The translations under genes were made by a program, and so were the position numbers. A DNA stretch of 63,782 nt, filler included, from Octopus bimaculoides (lineage: Eukaryota), in assembly GCF_001194135.2 (NCBI RefSeq). It is 9 parts of 8 records of this genome, joined end to end, with 100 filler letters (N's around TTAATTAATTAA, not from the genome) between each part and the next. Parts side by side here need not be neighbours in the genome. Positions count along the whole stretch, not along the records: positions 22,940 to 26,092 come from NW_026373836.1; positions 26,193 to 33,268 come from NC_068986.1; positions 33,369 to 48,075 come from NC_068981.1; 6 more parts are not named here. One strand, given 5' to 3'. The notes below the pieces were generated by a model. That model made no database searches. It had not been told where the DNA came from and worked only from the letters and a program-made list of their open reading frames with translations. Position 1 is the stretch's first letter; each line of letters opens with the position of its first letter. Below are positions 25,177-37,419 of this stretch, piece by piece.

Positions 25177-25912
25177 TATGTGTATATATATATATATATA
25201 TATTATCGGCAGAAGTTGAAGGGTCAGTCAAAAGCTCTGAGTTTGATGAGACTTTTAGAAGTTAGAGAGTAAGTCAAAACCTGAGAGTTTCGTGTATTGG
25301 CTAAGATTTCCCAAAGACGACAGCTTTACAATACGAAATTTTGCCGGAAATGTTTGAAGCTAACCATGGTCTGTGTGAGATATTCTACCAGTATACGAAC
25401 TTTCAAACTATATGGTTAAAAATATTAATTAGAGTGGTAAGAATATAATAAACCAACTTAATATTTTCAAATAAGCAATAATAAAAATTGGTCTCGCTAC
25501 AGCATCAAAAAGTGTCAACCACCCCTAGATAATTGCCTAAGAAAAAAATAAGGGAGTCACAATGAGTAGATTAGTTGCCGTGGCTAAAACCTACAAAACT
25601 AGCCCCAATTTAGGCTGAGGTTTAAATGCTTATCATTGCTACCAAATATCACATTTATACACTTACGTTCTCATGTGAATACAAACATGAGAGACAAACA
25701 ACATATGACATACTTCCTGTTTGGAATATTGTAACTTGATTCAACATATCTTTGCTCCTACGTCTGTGTGAGTTCTTCTCCGTCTGTTATTGTGATATAT
25801 TTTGAACTGTAAAATTCAGTAACTGTTTGTGTAACAGTTGTTTTCGCCCTACGGGGCTGGAAATTACCAATTATTTGTCTTTGCGACAAGAATTTTTGTC
25901 TTTGTGACAAAA

Positions 25913-26092
25913 ATGGCGACAGCTGAAAGCAACGCTCCCATTCAGGGAGAAAGTATGCCAAAGCAAAGTTTTTCTCAGGCTGTTGGTGGAAACACCATAG
26001 AATTGAAATTTGTAAAAGAGAGTCTGTACGCTTTCAGAAAGTACATTCAAAAGGTGGATGGTGAAACCAAATTGATTCCACCACCCGAGACT
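25913..26092 (+). CDS. Open frame running into a linker: LINE ORF1 start or first coding exon, unidentified
   Basis: AAAATGGCG start context; MATAESNAPIQGESMPKQSFSQAVGG..; open for 60 codons up to the gap. No family recognised with certainty. Confidence 0.3.
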
Positions 26093-26192
26093 NNNNNNNN
26101 NNNNNNNNNNNNNNNNNNNNNNNNNNNNNNNNNNNNTTAATTAATTAANNNNNNNNNNNNNNNNNNNNNNNNNNNNNNNNNNNNNNNNNNNN

Positions 26193-26652
26193 TCTTTAAA
26201 ACCACTGACTCACACCTCTACCTCAACTTTTCCTCCTACCGTCCCTCCCACACCAAACGAGCCATCCCCTCTCCCAGTTCCTCTACCTCCGATGCAAGTT
26301 CCCTTGCTCCAGACCTCGTTGCCACACTTGTCCTTTCATCACCGACATCACCTCCCTCTACATTAGGAACTCCTTCTCCTGCAAGTCTTCAAGTCTTGTA
26401 TACTTTATCAGGAACAACCTTTGCAATAAACTTTACGTTGGTCAGACGGACTGTCGACTAGCCGACTGGTTCACCGAACACTTACGAGTCTTTCGACTAC
26501 GTAAGAACACTCACGTCGCCCGTCATTTTCACTCCACATCGGATCTCACCGTCTTCGGCCTAACCCTCCACCATGAATCCACCAACTCTAGACTCCGCCT
26601 GGAACAGCGCTACATTTTCACTCTATGCACTCAAACTCCTTTCGGACTCAAC
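26193..26652 (+). pseudogene. Penelope-like element, internally deleted (post-RT stub plus GIY-YIG)
   Basis: FKTTDSHLYLNFSS..HTKRAIP, then CHTCPFI..SFSCKSSSLVYFI..CNKLYVGQT..RL..FTEH..VARHF..RLRLEQRYIFTLCT..PFGLN. Confidence 0.85.
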
Positions 26653-27675
26653 ACCACCCCATCCTTTCAGTTACTTTCCTCACATACCTTTTAAAAAAAC
26701 ATTTTATTCTATTTTATTTGTTTATATATTTTATTTATTCCTGTTACTGATTTATTTAAATAATCTTTATTTTTATTATTTTTTATTTTTATTTTTTATC
26801 ATTTATTTTGTAGTATTTTTTATTTTGTTTTCTCATCTTTTTATTTTTAGTATTTTTAATTAATTTTTTCCCATATACACACACCCACACACACCTCCAT
26901 ACACACTTATAGACATACACATGCACGGCTACACCCATACCAACATAGAGGCACATATACACACACACGCAAATAGAGGGCTTCACACACTCATGCGCAC
27001 ATATACATATACACACATTCACACAATACACATATCCAAACGCACATCCACAAACACATACACACTAATAACAACACCAACGTACACATACCCTTGTCAT
27101 CCTGTCCCTTACACCCTATCACACCACACTCACATCCTACCACACACCACATACTACACCCACCCATTCGCACACCTTTCAATATAGCTGCCGACTTATG
27201 ATTGACCTCTCAGCACGGTATACACACACACAGATCCTACCACACACACACACATACAGACAACTTGCACAAACGCACACACACACTTACGACAAGACAC
27301 ACACGCACGCTATCACACACATTTACGCCACCATACATATGCTACCACACACACATGCATACACACATGCGCTACAATACNNNNNNNNNNNNNNNNNNNN
27401 NNNNNNNNNNNNNNNNNNNNNNNNNNNNNNNNNNNNNNNNNNNNNNNNNNNNNNNNNNNNNNNNNNNNNNNNNNNNNNNNATTCAAATAATATAAGATTT
27501 ACATTTGGAAGAAGCGTTTATATAGAGTTAGTGATTAACCAGGCGATGTATAGATAGTTCAGAGAAAAAACAAAGACCAAATGTAGTAATAAAGAAAGAA
27601 GGGAGAGAGAGAGAGATTCAAAATATATATTCATTTCAGTATATATACCTATACATATACACACAAACACTGATT

Positions 27676-27733
<58 letters not shown>

Positions 27734-27994
27734 NNNNNNNNNNNNNNNNNNNNNNNNNNNNNNNNNNNNNNNNNNNNNNNNNNNNNNNNNNNNNNNNNNN
27801 NNNNNNNNNNNNNNNNNNNNNNNNNNNNNNNNNNNNNNNNNNNNNCGTGAAAAAACCTCATAAGGGAAAAATCCATCAATTATTCCCTATAAATATATTT
27901 ATTTATATTAAGGGCATTACTATACATAAATGCCTCATGCTAGGAGGGACTCTAAAAGTCAAACTACCATAATAAACGCATTTTTACCGAACGC

Positions 27995-28590
27995 GGAGGG
28001 TTATTCAAAAATAATGAATCGACTTCATTACGCAATATTTTAATAAGGAAAAGTAATAGAAAACTCCAGCTAAGTCACAAGTATTTACTTACAATCAACT
28101 TTTATTTCCTGTCTTACAAGTTTTCAATGTGGCCACCACCTGCAGCACGGGTAACATCAATGCGATCAGAGAATTCCTCCCAGACGCGTATCAGCATATC
28201 ACGATCCACTGAGTTGATCGCTGTTGTTATTCGATGTTTAAGGTCATTGAGGTTAGTGAATAGCGGTGGAGTTCTCTAAGTTTTGAATGGCTGCCACAGG
28301 GGCGCTGTAGTCGCGTCGTTCTTCCGGCAACTTTCAGTTGTTTGTTTACATTCAGAATGGCGAGTCCTCAGCAAAAGGCGTTCTGCGTTCTCGAGTTCGC
28401 GAAAACAAATTCGATTGTCACGGTGCAGCGTGTTTTTCGATGGCGATTCGACATTAACCTGCCCTCTTCTAAGAACATTCGACGGTGGTTTTAACAGTTG
28501 CAAGAGAGTGGGTGTCTGTGTAAAGGAAAAAGTCCAGGACGGCCACGAGTTTCGGAGAAACAAGTGTCGAGAATCCGTGCTAGACTTTTT
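27995..28590. mobile_element. Rearranged maT/rosa-like Tc1/mariner element
   Basis: C-terminus on minus (28114-28269: LNDLKHRITTAINSVDRDMLIRVWEEF..RAAGGGHIENL*). N-terminal HTH on plus (ATG 28357: MASPQQKAFCVLEFAK..VQRVFR..IRRWF*..GCLCKGKSPGRPRVS). Confidence 0.85.
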
Positions 28591-29174
28591 TACGTACGTA
28601 TGTGTGTATGTATGTATGTATGTATGTATGTATGTATGTATGTATGTATGTATGTATGTATGTATGCAAGTACGTATGCATGTATGTATATATGTATGTA
28701 TGTACGTGTGTGTGTGTGTGCGTGTGTTTGTGTGATCACAGACGCAAGCCTCGAATATATGTATGTATGTGTGTATGTATGTATGTCATTGTCCAGTTTT
28801 ATTTCAAGATTTCTTGCTAATAGAGAAAGAGCGATTTCTAACCTAGATCCAAGATTCCTTCATTGGAATTTGAACATCAACAGGAGGACATTTTTGTATA
28901 TATTTCTGTATTTGTGCAGATTTGTAGGTTGTTTTGTTTTATGTGTGTATTCTCATGCATATACTTGCATATCTAGACATGCTCATATATAATTGAATGA
29001 TAAACTTCTGGGAAGTTTTACAGATACTTACAGTTCCAGTGATGGATTGTATCTGTAGTCTTCGAATTAGCTTTCTCCTTTCTGGTTTTGAGAAGTCTAA
29101 TTTTTCAAGATTTGTATTTATGCAGTGTGTTACATATCCCAGTGTCCCAATGATTACGTATGTATGTACGTACG

Positions 29175-29206
<32 letters not shown>

Positions 29207-29539
29207 TGTATGTATGTAGGTATGAAATGCCTTGAAAGATCAACTTATGCAACGTCCTTCCATCTAGACCGGGTGATTCGATGAGTGTAGTATGTAAATG
29301 AGATTATAAGTCAGTTTTGTGTTTGAAGAAACATATGGCGGTTCACAGGGGTTTTATTTCACAGGATGATACGATCAATCCAGTGGAAATTAGTACTTTG
29401 CTCTGTCATCTATGCCTCAAACCATGAAGATCTACAGCAGGACTGACTAGTAATCTGAGAGATCATGGCTGAAATTCCACTAAAAACGCACCATGTGTGA
29501 ATTTATGCATGTATGTATGTATGCTTGTATCTATGTATG

Positions 29540-29950
29540 TATGTTTATATTAAAGATGCTACCATCATAACAGTACCTGATACGAATTCTGTCTTCTTCG
29601 GTGAACTGGCTCCTGGAAAAGAGGGTTACAGCCACCAGGTAAATGTTAAACGGAACTGGGGCGACAAGGATGCATCCTTGTTTTATCCCCCCACCTGGAC
29701 ATCAAAGGGCTCCGAGGCGTAACCGCCGAGAGACACTCTCGCTTGCAATACCATCATGAAACTTCTGGACGATCGGGAGAAACGTTGGTGGACAGCCAAA
29801 CTTCTGAAGCAGTTTCCACAGCACAGTACAATTGACAATGTCAAACGCCTTTGTTAGATCGATGGAGGCGTAACATATGTCTCTTTTCTGGAGAGCTTTC
29901 AATGCAAAGTGAACTATAAGTAAGCAGTTGGCGTGGCTGGAGCACAAGGC
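29540..29950. pseudogene. RTE/BovB-like LINE reverse-transcriptase fragments
   Basis: Minus ORF IDLTKAFDIVN..LWKLLQKFGCPPTFLPIVQKFHDG (RT motif). A plus-strand VFFGELA.GK stub just upstream is weaker. Confidence 0.75.
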
Positions 29951-31108
29951 CCTTTTGGGGAATGTGGTTTAGGGTGGGCCAGACTCAGGAGCTCTAGAAC
30001 GACACAATACAACATGGCAGTAAGGATAAATGGAAGCTAGTACAGAGGCATATGAGAATTTTAGTGGAGGAAAAGTGAATAGGTATTGTTGTGGTAATAT
30101 GAGTACCAGAGTGAAGTGGGTACAAATGATAGCGCACAATGTCAGCCGGCAGGTCATCTGGAAATGGAACCCGAAGAAGATCAAGTTATTGAGTCATATG
30201 TTGCGATATCCTCCTCAACACAGCCAACCTATTTACTTGGGGGTAATGATAAAACACTATTATACCCTAGGGCTCTAAGATAATAATCTTGATCCATATC
30301 CAGAACAGGCATGACTAAGTCCTCGAAGCCATTGCTAGTGCAACTAGTAAAAGGATGAGTGATTGTAGAAATAACCCAAGAAAATACTGTAGAACTGCTC
30401 TGATGGGAGTCGTCCAGCTGAGGTTGATAAATTTTTCATCACATCTGACCTAATCTTTGTTGAAACCATCTTGGTTTCAGAGTCTACAATCTCATTACAG
30501 TGGACTTAACTGTGTCCCAGAAGGAAAAGATGATGGAGGTTCAAAAGGAAAATGGTGAAATACCAGAAGTCAGTGGGAGACAGCTGTAAGAAAAGAGAGA
30601 AGGCCCAGGAGCATGCTAGTTGGGGTGGACAGTTGAGGGTTTGCAAGCAGTTCACTATGGACCTCTAGACATTATGAGTGCGAACAGGAAAAGAGTCTTC
30701 AGGAATAACGAGTTGGCTGCAATGAAAGTAGGTAGGTAACTCTGACTAAAAAGAGGTAACCAGTGGCGTCATTAGAATGCCACTTGGATATATGCCAAAG
30801 CTTGATCAACATTGGTCGGTTCACCTGAGGTTGATCAAGATCGATCGAGGATTAATTACAGTGGCAGAGGGCCACACGTTTTGCAGAAGTGGGCAGCTGG
30901 TTCAAACCAAATGGGAATGTTTTTATTGGAAAGATGAAAAGCAAAGCTGATCCGGGCGGTAGCCGAACTCGGAAAGTAAAGAAACTTTGCTCAACACTAT
31001 AAGGTATTATCATTCTATGTTAATCAATCTGCCAATTCTGTCAATCTACTTTCTCCTTTGGTAAAAATGATAATAACAAATATTGATCTCAGATTCAATT
31101 GATTTCAG

Positions 31109-31297
31109 ATGTACCGCATCAAGGTTTTCGCATACAGGGATAGTAGCAGAATAGCATTTCTCGAGAACAAGGAGAGTGGAATTGGAGGAACGATCGATGT
31201 ACAACGATTTAACCCAAGGCGTTCTGTGATATCAAAAATCTCAGAAAAAGCTATACAGAACGCTGTTTCTGAAGCGGAATCATTGTTCGACTTTTAA
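31109..31297 (+). CDS. Candidate terminal coding exon, product unknown
   Basis: Acceptor ttgatttcag| directly before 62 open codons and TAA; AATAAA about 120 nt downstream. No homolog recognised. Confidence 0.35.
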   Translation: MYRIKVFAYRDSSRIAFLENKESGIGGTIDVQRFNPRRSVISKISEKAIQNAVSEAESLFDF

Positions 31298-32739
31298 AAA
31301 ATCGAATGTGGAAAATGTTTAAATGATATTTGCTTTGCGTTCTTTTCATGATCCGTTCTTTGTTATGATCGATTATAATAATTGGAGTTGATGTGATTTA
31401 GTAACAGGATTCGTAATAAATTAAATGTCTGACAAACATTATTAAAAGAATTGACAATAACACAAATGACATAACTAGCAGCAACTAAAGCCATTGTTTC
31501 GTATAATTTGAAGTAATTATTTCTTACTCTGGGGTTCCGACTGTTTCTACCATAGTCACAAGGCCACAAATATGGAGGGACGGTAAGAGTCACTAACGCT
31601 GACCCCCAGTATTTGGCAGGTACTTTGTTATTCGATCTGGAAGAGCGAAACGAAAGGCATAACGTTAAGTCCTGGAATAAGTATCCTAAAGACCAGGCTC
31701 TACGATTCTGCCAATCCATCATTCTTCCGATTGTAAATAATAAAAATCAGAAAATGTAATTTTGAAGTCTTATTAAATATTCTCGTTATTTTCGATGGTT
31801 GACAACTTTTACTCGTAATATCTTCTGAAATCATCAACATTAGTGACTTTGATGTATACAACTATCTATCAGTACGACCCAACGAGTAAACCCCCTTTGT
31901 GATGAGTCAGCCTACCACAAAATAAGCCAAATCTTCTCCATATCACACGTTACCACCTTTAAAAAGAAGACACATCAGATAATGTAGTCCTGGAGGAAAA
32001 TGAGACACTCACAGCTGTGAATATTAAATCTTTTTTATACGTTTTAATGCAATTAAAAGGTATTAAAGCTGATACGGAGCTAAACAACAACTATTCCACA
32101 TGGAACCCATCTTTTAGCACAGCTGAGACCGAATCGTTTCTATTCTGCTCTTTCTATAACAGTTGATATCCTCATCTACTCGTACCGCGGTACAACCCAC
32201 CTGTTCTCAAACACTAGACGACATATTTCTCACTTTTGAACTGAACCTTTACTCTTCCTGAGTCGGTTGGCCTTTATTATTGTGGTCGACGGTATTGCAG
32301 AGCTGGGCTGTTCCCAGATCTAAGTACATAGCCCCAAGTACACTTACCTCCTCTCCATTCATGGATACACCACAAAAGAAAGACAAGTCAACACGTTCGT
32401 TGCACCCATGGAACCACAGATGATGTTAGATATTGATTGAATATAACCGTATATATCTGCTGTAGAATCTCTCCAAATTTTCAGTAGGGGATTACTCCCT
32501 TGGTCTTCATTAAACGCTCAATAAATTACCCCACTCTGTAGTAGGGGTTTATTATTATAGTGGGCATGGTTGGTGCCAAACCAGTCCTACTCTCTCGTCC
32601 TTCAAATTTGTACTGGTCTGGCACAAAAAGTACCACGAACCCATTTCAGGATGTAGAATTTATATGGTATTAAATAGATGAGCGGTTAAAGATATGGTAT
32701 TAAATAGATGAGCGGTTAAAGAGCAGAATATGCCAAGTG

Positions 32740-33170
32740 TCGAGTCTATCCTACTGGAAACTAAATTTCACTAAATGAGAAACGTGACCCATACGGAGAA
32801 CTCTGTGAGTTGAAATATGAACGCCGTCAAAGAGGGCACCCAAAACCCCATTATAAGGATTCAGTGAGATGTCAAATGACATCTCACTGAAGCGGGTGGC
32901 CTGATTGTGACTGCGAGGGAGAAGATAGCGACTGGCGGCAAACAGTGACGGGTGGCTGTAAACAAAGAACTAAACGTTACAGAGTCGAATTGGATAAAAC
33001 CAAGAAGAAGAAAAGGAGGAAAAGCTAGAACGAGATCCACTACAAAAGATTTGTCCACTAACAGTATTATTCTGCAACAGATGCAGTCAGGGTCGTGGCA
33101 ACGCCTTTGGTCTACAATCTCGCAAAAGAGTATAACATCGCTCTTGAATGCCCTTCGCTATAACTAAAAG
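32740..33170 (+). pseudogene. Decayed RTE LINE 3' coding end
   Basis: ..PYGELCELKYERRQRGHPKPHYKD.. followed by a W..RRRK and terminal Cys-motif-like region typical of RTE C-termini. Confidence 0.6.
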
Positions 33171-33470
33171 AGAAAAATAGCCCTTACATCCAATCATATC
33201 ATACTTCATATATATATATGCATGTATGTATGCATGCATGTGTACATATATATGTATGTGTATATATANNNNNNNNNNNNNNNNNNNNNNNNNNNNNNNN
33301 NNNNNNNNNNNNTTAATTAATTAANNNNNNNNNNNNNNNNNNNNNNNNNNNNNNNNNNNNNNNNNNNNCATTACTGAAAGTCTTTTTACTTTCTTCCCTC
33401 CCCTTTCATCCTTTCTTTCTTTTTCCTTTTCTCCCTGTTTTATTTTATTTTTCTCCTCTTTGAGTTATAT

Positions 33471-34560
33471 TTAGAATACAAAATGTACTGTCTCCGCTTT
33501 TCTTTTAAACATTCAATTCTGGAGAGAATTTTTTGATGAAATGTAGTTCTGAATATTTACAGAGATGAGCATTATGTTTCCAATATTTAAGTTATAGTTT
33601 AGAATACAAAATGTACTGTCTCCGCTTTTCTTTCAAACATTCAATTTTGGAGAGAGTTTGGTGATGAAATGTAGTTCCATTACTTTTCGGTATTGCGGAT
33701 CGTCCAGTGCACATTTACAAAAGGGAAAAGTTTTGAATTTTCTGTCGCTGCATATTTCCAGATGCTTACTTAATTGAATCTTGTGCAATTCCTCTTGCCG
33801 GATATGTTGCCTGTTGGCAGAGGGAAATATTTGTTTTGCCAATGTAATTTTCTTTGCAGTTTGGGCAGGTAATTCAGTATATAAGGTTTTGCAGTTCATA
33901 TCTACATTTATTTTGAAAAAAGGATCCGCTCTTGAATTTTATGTGGGAACTACTTTCTAAATATTTAAAGTTGTTGTGGCATGGTTGACATCACCTATCT
34001 CCACATTCTTTTACTGAAAATTCTAATTCATTCTCCGAAGATTTTTTGGTTGGCGTCTACTATTCCGTAATGTGCTTTTTTTTCAATCAGATTTTTCATT
34101 TTGGGGCTTTGTAGGAGTATTGGTAAGTTCGATTTTATGACGTGAAAGATGTTGGTTGTTCCAGGATTGTGTGTGTTAACGAACGGAATCGTGTTTTCAT
34201 TAACATTTTCCTCAGGTGTGCGTAGTTGGGTGATGTTCAATTTCATTGCCTTTTTAATTCCCTCATTAATTAATTCTAAGAGGTATTTCTGCATTGCAAA
34301 GGAGCCTTTGAGTTCGTTGAGTCGGATTTCACGTATTTTCTTCAAATCTATACCATTTGTTAGTATCCATGTAGTATCCGAGAGAGGAGCAATTCCTGAA
34401 AATTTCAGCTCTGTAGCTGTTACAAGTCAGTCATTTAAAGTTTTAAGCAATTTCCGAAATTTTGGTAATTTTGAATTTCTTTTAGGGAACCATTATTCCA
34501 AAATGGGTTTGATACCAAACCTTGGAAAGTATGTTTCTTCAATCCCCACCATCTCATGTC
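33471..34560 (-). mobile_element. Penelope-like element 3' half with duplicated 3' end
   Basis: Minus ORFs: RLNELK..LINEGIKKA..LRTP..NTIPFVNTHNP..IKSNLPILLQSPKM and HIRQEE..IQLSKHLEIC..FK.FPF.KC..YRKVMELHFI.KL.PKLN. A 79-bp direct repeat at 33471-33549 / 33599-33677. Confidence 0.85.
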
Positions 34561-35344
34561 TCTCAAGTACTAAAATTCAATGATTTTAACTCAGCCAATG
34601 TATAAAAAATGCCAACTGAAAATTGCAAAAATCCCTGTCTTGGGAATAGTTTAGGCAACTATTACTTAATAACAACGGTTGATGAGCATCCCATCTTCTC
34701 TAATCTTACAGTGGTGTTTGAAATCGTATTTACTTCCTCAAAAACCTGTTTTCTTGTGCAGCAGAGGGGATCAAAAACAGGACAAATTTTTTTTCAATTT
34801 TTGAACCAGAATAATTTGTTATCACTAAGTTGAAAACTGTATAAAACTGTATATATTCTGAAAATATATATACCTGGCAGTGACTGTAGAATGTAGAAAT
34901 ACAGTATTTAAAACTACTCTGAATATCAAATTGGCTCAAAATTGAAATTCCCATGAATGATATCCAGATTACAGTGGAGAAGGCAGGCCACTGGATTTGG
35001 TTAAAACGTGATGATGAAGAATGGCTAGAAAAATATTGAGCAAAACATAATACCCAGTTGATCTTGCAAGCAAAGCCTCATTTCAGTGAGGTGAGTTGGT
35101 GTGCATTTATGCCGTCAAGAGTAAGACCACGAAACGGCGCACATTCTCTACTGATGATCCCATAAACTTGCTAGCTTCCGGTATGCGGAGCTTTCAACTG
35201 CTAGCACTTGCATCTGCAAGATGTTTGCAAAAAACCTATTTATACGAGCATATGAAAATGTGAGTATAGCCTTAATGCTTTTACCACGCTTTCTCTAATT
35301 GTTTCTGATGTCTGCATAGTCACGAGCTGGTAGTTACCCTCTGG

Positions 35345-35543
35345 GTCCTCCGTTGACCCACTTGAGTATCGAAAATGGGACAGCTGGAGAGTGGGAGGGG
35401 TGCATCAACACTAAGCCGTTACTCATTTTTGGCTGAATTTTCTGAAGCAGCGTAAAATATAGTGTCTTGTTCAAAGACACAAGGCGTCGCCCAGGATCAG
35501 CGACTTTTTTGGGGATCCCAACACACTTAATCATTAGGCTTCA
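35345..35543 (-). mobile_element. SINE family C, old copy
   Basis: Minus strand gtgtctttgaacaagacactatattttacgctgc core is similar to the copy at 18200. Confidence 0.55.
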
Positions 35544-35554
35544 CAATATATATA

Positions 35555-36080
35555 AAATACATATACTAATGTATATACATTGTGTATTTTCCGGTGGCTG
35601 CAATGGTGCATCGGAGTATATAAACTCTCATTTTCACAGGTATTAAAATACCTTAGTCTTGGGCGAAATAACTTGCCCTCAATCTCATTTGGGAGTGATG
35701 GACATCGATGTTTCGCTATTTTTGTAATCTGTCAGCATCAGGCACCCGCCTTAGATCGAAACGTTTTTACTTCATATGTAAATTTTCTCTTAGGTATGCA
35801 ATTTCCGGGCATACTAGCTCATGCTTTTACAAGCCATGAGTATATAAGTCTTGGACTAGCTAAGTGATTCGCCTTCAACCCCAGGTGGGTGTGTGATACC
35901 GACAAACCACAAAAATGGCGAAACATCGATGTTCACCACTCCCAAATGGGATAGAGGGTAAGTTATCTCGCCTGTCCATGACTAAAGTGTTTTAACACCG
36001 TCGATGAGAATTTATATACTCCGATGCGCCATTGCAGCCACCAGAAAATACACAAAGCATATACATTAGTATATGTATTT
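35555..36080. mobile_element. Foldback element with about 200-bp inverted arms
   Basis: The left arm aaatacatatactaatg..ccggtggctgcaatggtgcatcggagtatataaa..gatggacatcgatgtttcgc pairs with the right arm throughout; spacer about 115 bp. Confidence 0.85.
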
Positions 36081-36120
36081 AATAATATTTATTACACTAG
36101 AGCTGCATTTACTTCATATG

Positions 36121-36152
<32 letters not shown>

Positions 36153-36491
36153 NNNNNNNNNNNNNNNNNNNNNNNNNNNNNNNNNNNNNNNNNNNNNNNN
36201 NNNNNNNNNNNNNNNNNNNNNNNNNNNNNNNNNNNNNNNNNNNNNNNNNNNNNNNNNNNNNNNNNNNNNNNNNNNNNNNNNNNNNNNNNNNNNNNNNNNN
36301 NNATATAATATGTATATACACACAAACAGAGGAAGAGAGAGAGAGAGATAGAGAGAGAGAGAGATATCTAAGAGAAGAAAGAGAGAACAGAGGTGTTGCA
36401 ACAGACAAGGAAAATGAGGTTAAACAGCTGATGGTCGTAAAGCCAAATTTGCATAATACTATTACCTGAAATAATTGAACACGGTATAGCT

Positions 36492-36751
36492 TTAAAACAC
36501 AGCCCATTTTTCTTCGGATTCTCGTCGACAGAAATCCAGAAAAAAAGGTGTAAGTCTTCGCATTTTTCTATGTATTGATGATCTTCTAAAGGCTTTGGAA
36601 AACATTAATTTTTCTATATTTTGTATAAAATTTTCATCCCAGCTGCTATGTCTTGGTGGATTATGAGCTGAAATACTTGAGTCTGAATATTTTCTGTAGT
36701 TTGTATAGTTAGGCAATGGTCCTCGCCTGGGACTCATTCTTTTTTTAATAC
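36492..36751 (-). CDS. Candidate terminal coding exon, product unknown
   Basis: Acceptor-like ttctttacaatatttcag|, then 85 open codons (IKKRMSPRRGPLPNY..RRESEEKWAVF*) in AT-rich DNA. No homolog recognised. Confidence 0.35.
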
Positions 36752-36817
36752 CTGAAATATTGTAAAGAACCATATATGTATGTAAAACACATTCGTTATA
36801 TAATGAACATAACTTTC

Positions 36818-36883
<66 letters not shown>

Positions 36884-37419
36884 ATAGGTACATATCACTC
36901 TATTTATTATGTATCTGCATATATCATATATATGTATATGTATTTATGCTTGTATATATGNNNNNNNNNNNNNNNNNNNNNNNNNNNNNNNNNNNNNNNN
37001 NNNNNNNNNNNNNNNNNNNNNNNNNNNNNNNNNNNNNNNNNNNNNNNNNNNNNNNNNNNNNNNNNNNNNNNNNNNNNNNNNNNNNNNNNNNNNNNNNNNN
37101 NNNNNNNNNNNNNNNNNNNNNNNNNNNNNNNNNNNNNNNNNNNNNNNNNNNNNNNNNNNNNNNNNNNNNNNNNNNNNNNNNNNNNNNNNNNNNNNNNNNN
37201 NNNNNNNNNNNNNNNNNNNNNNNNNNNNNNNNNNNNNNNNNNNNNNATTTATAATCTGGATATAGATCCTGGAGGTTTTGAAGTGTTTGTTTGTTTATAT
37301 ATATGTATACGTGTGTGTATGTATGTATGTATGTATGTGAATATAGAATGAAGGACTCGAATTGTAAAGTCTGAGCGTCAAAATATTTCAACAAAATCAC
37401 TGAATCCAACAAAATACTT

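Noticed and set aside
25204-25501. Second solo LTR (ends ...gctaca, has AATAAA)
   Set aside because: No TG start, no matching terminal repeat and no TSD found.
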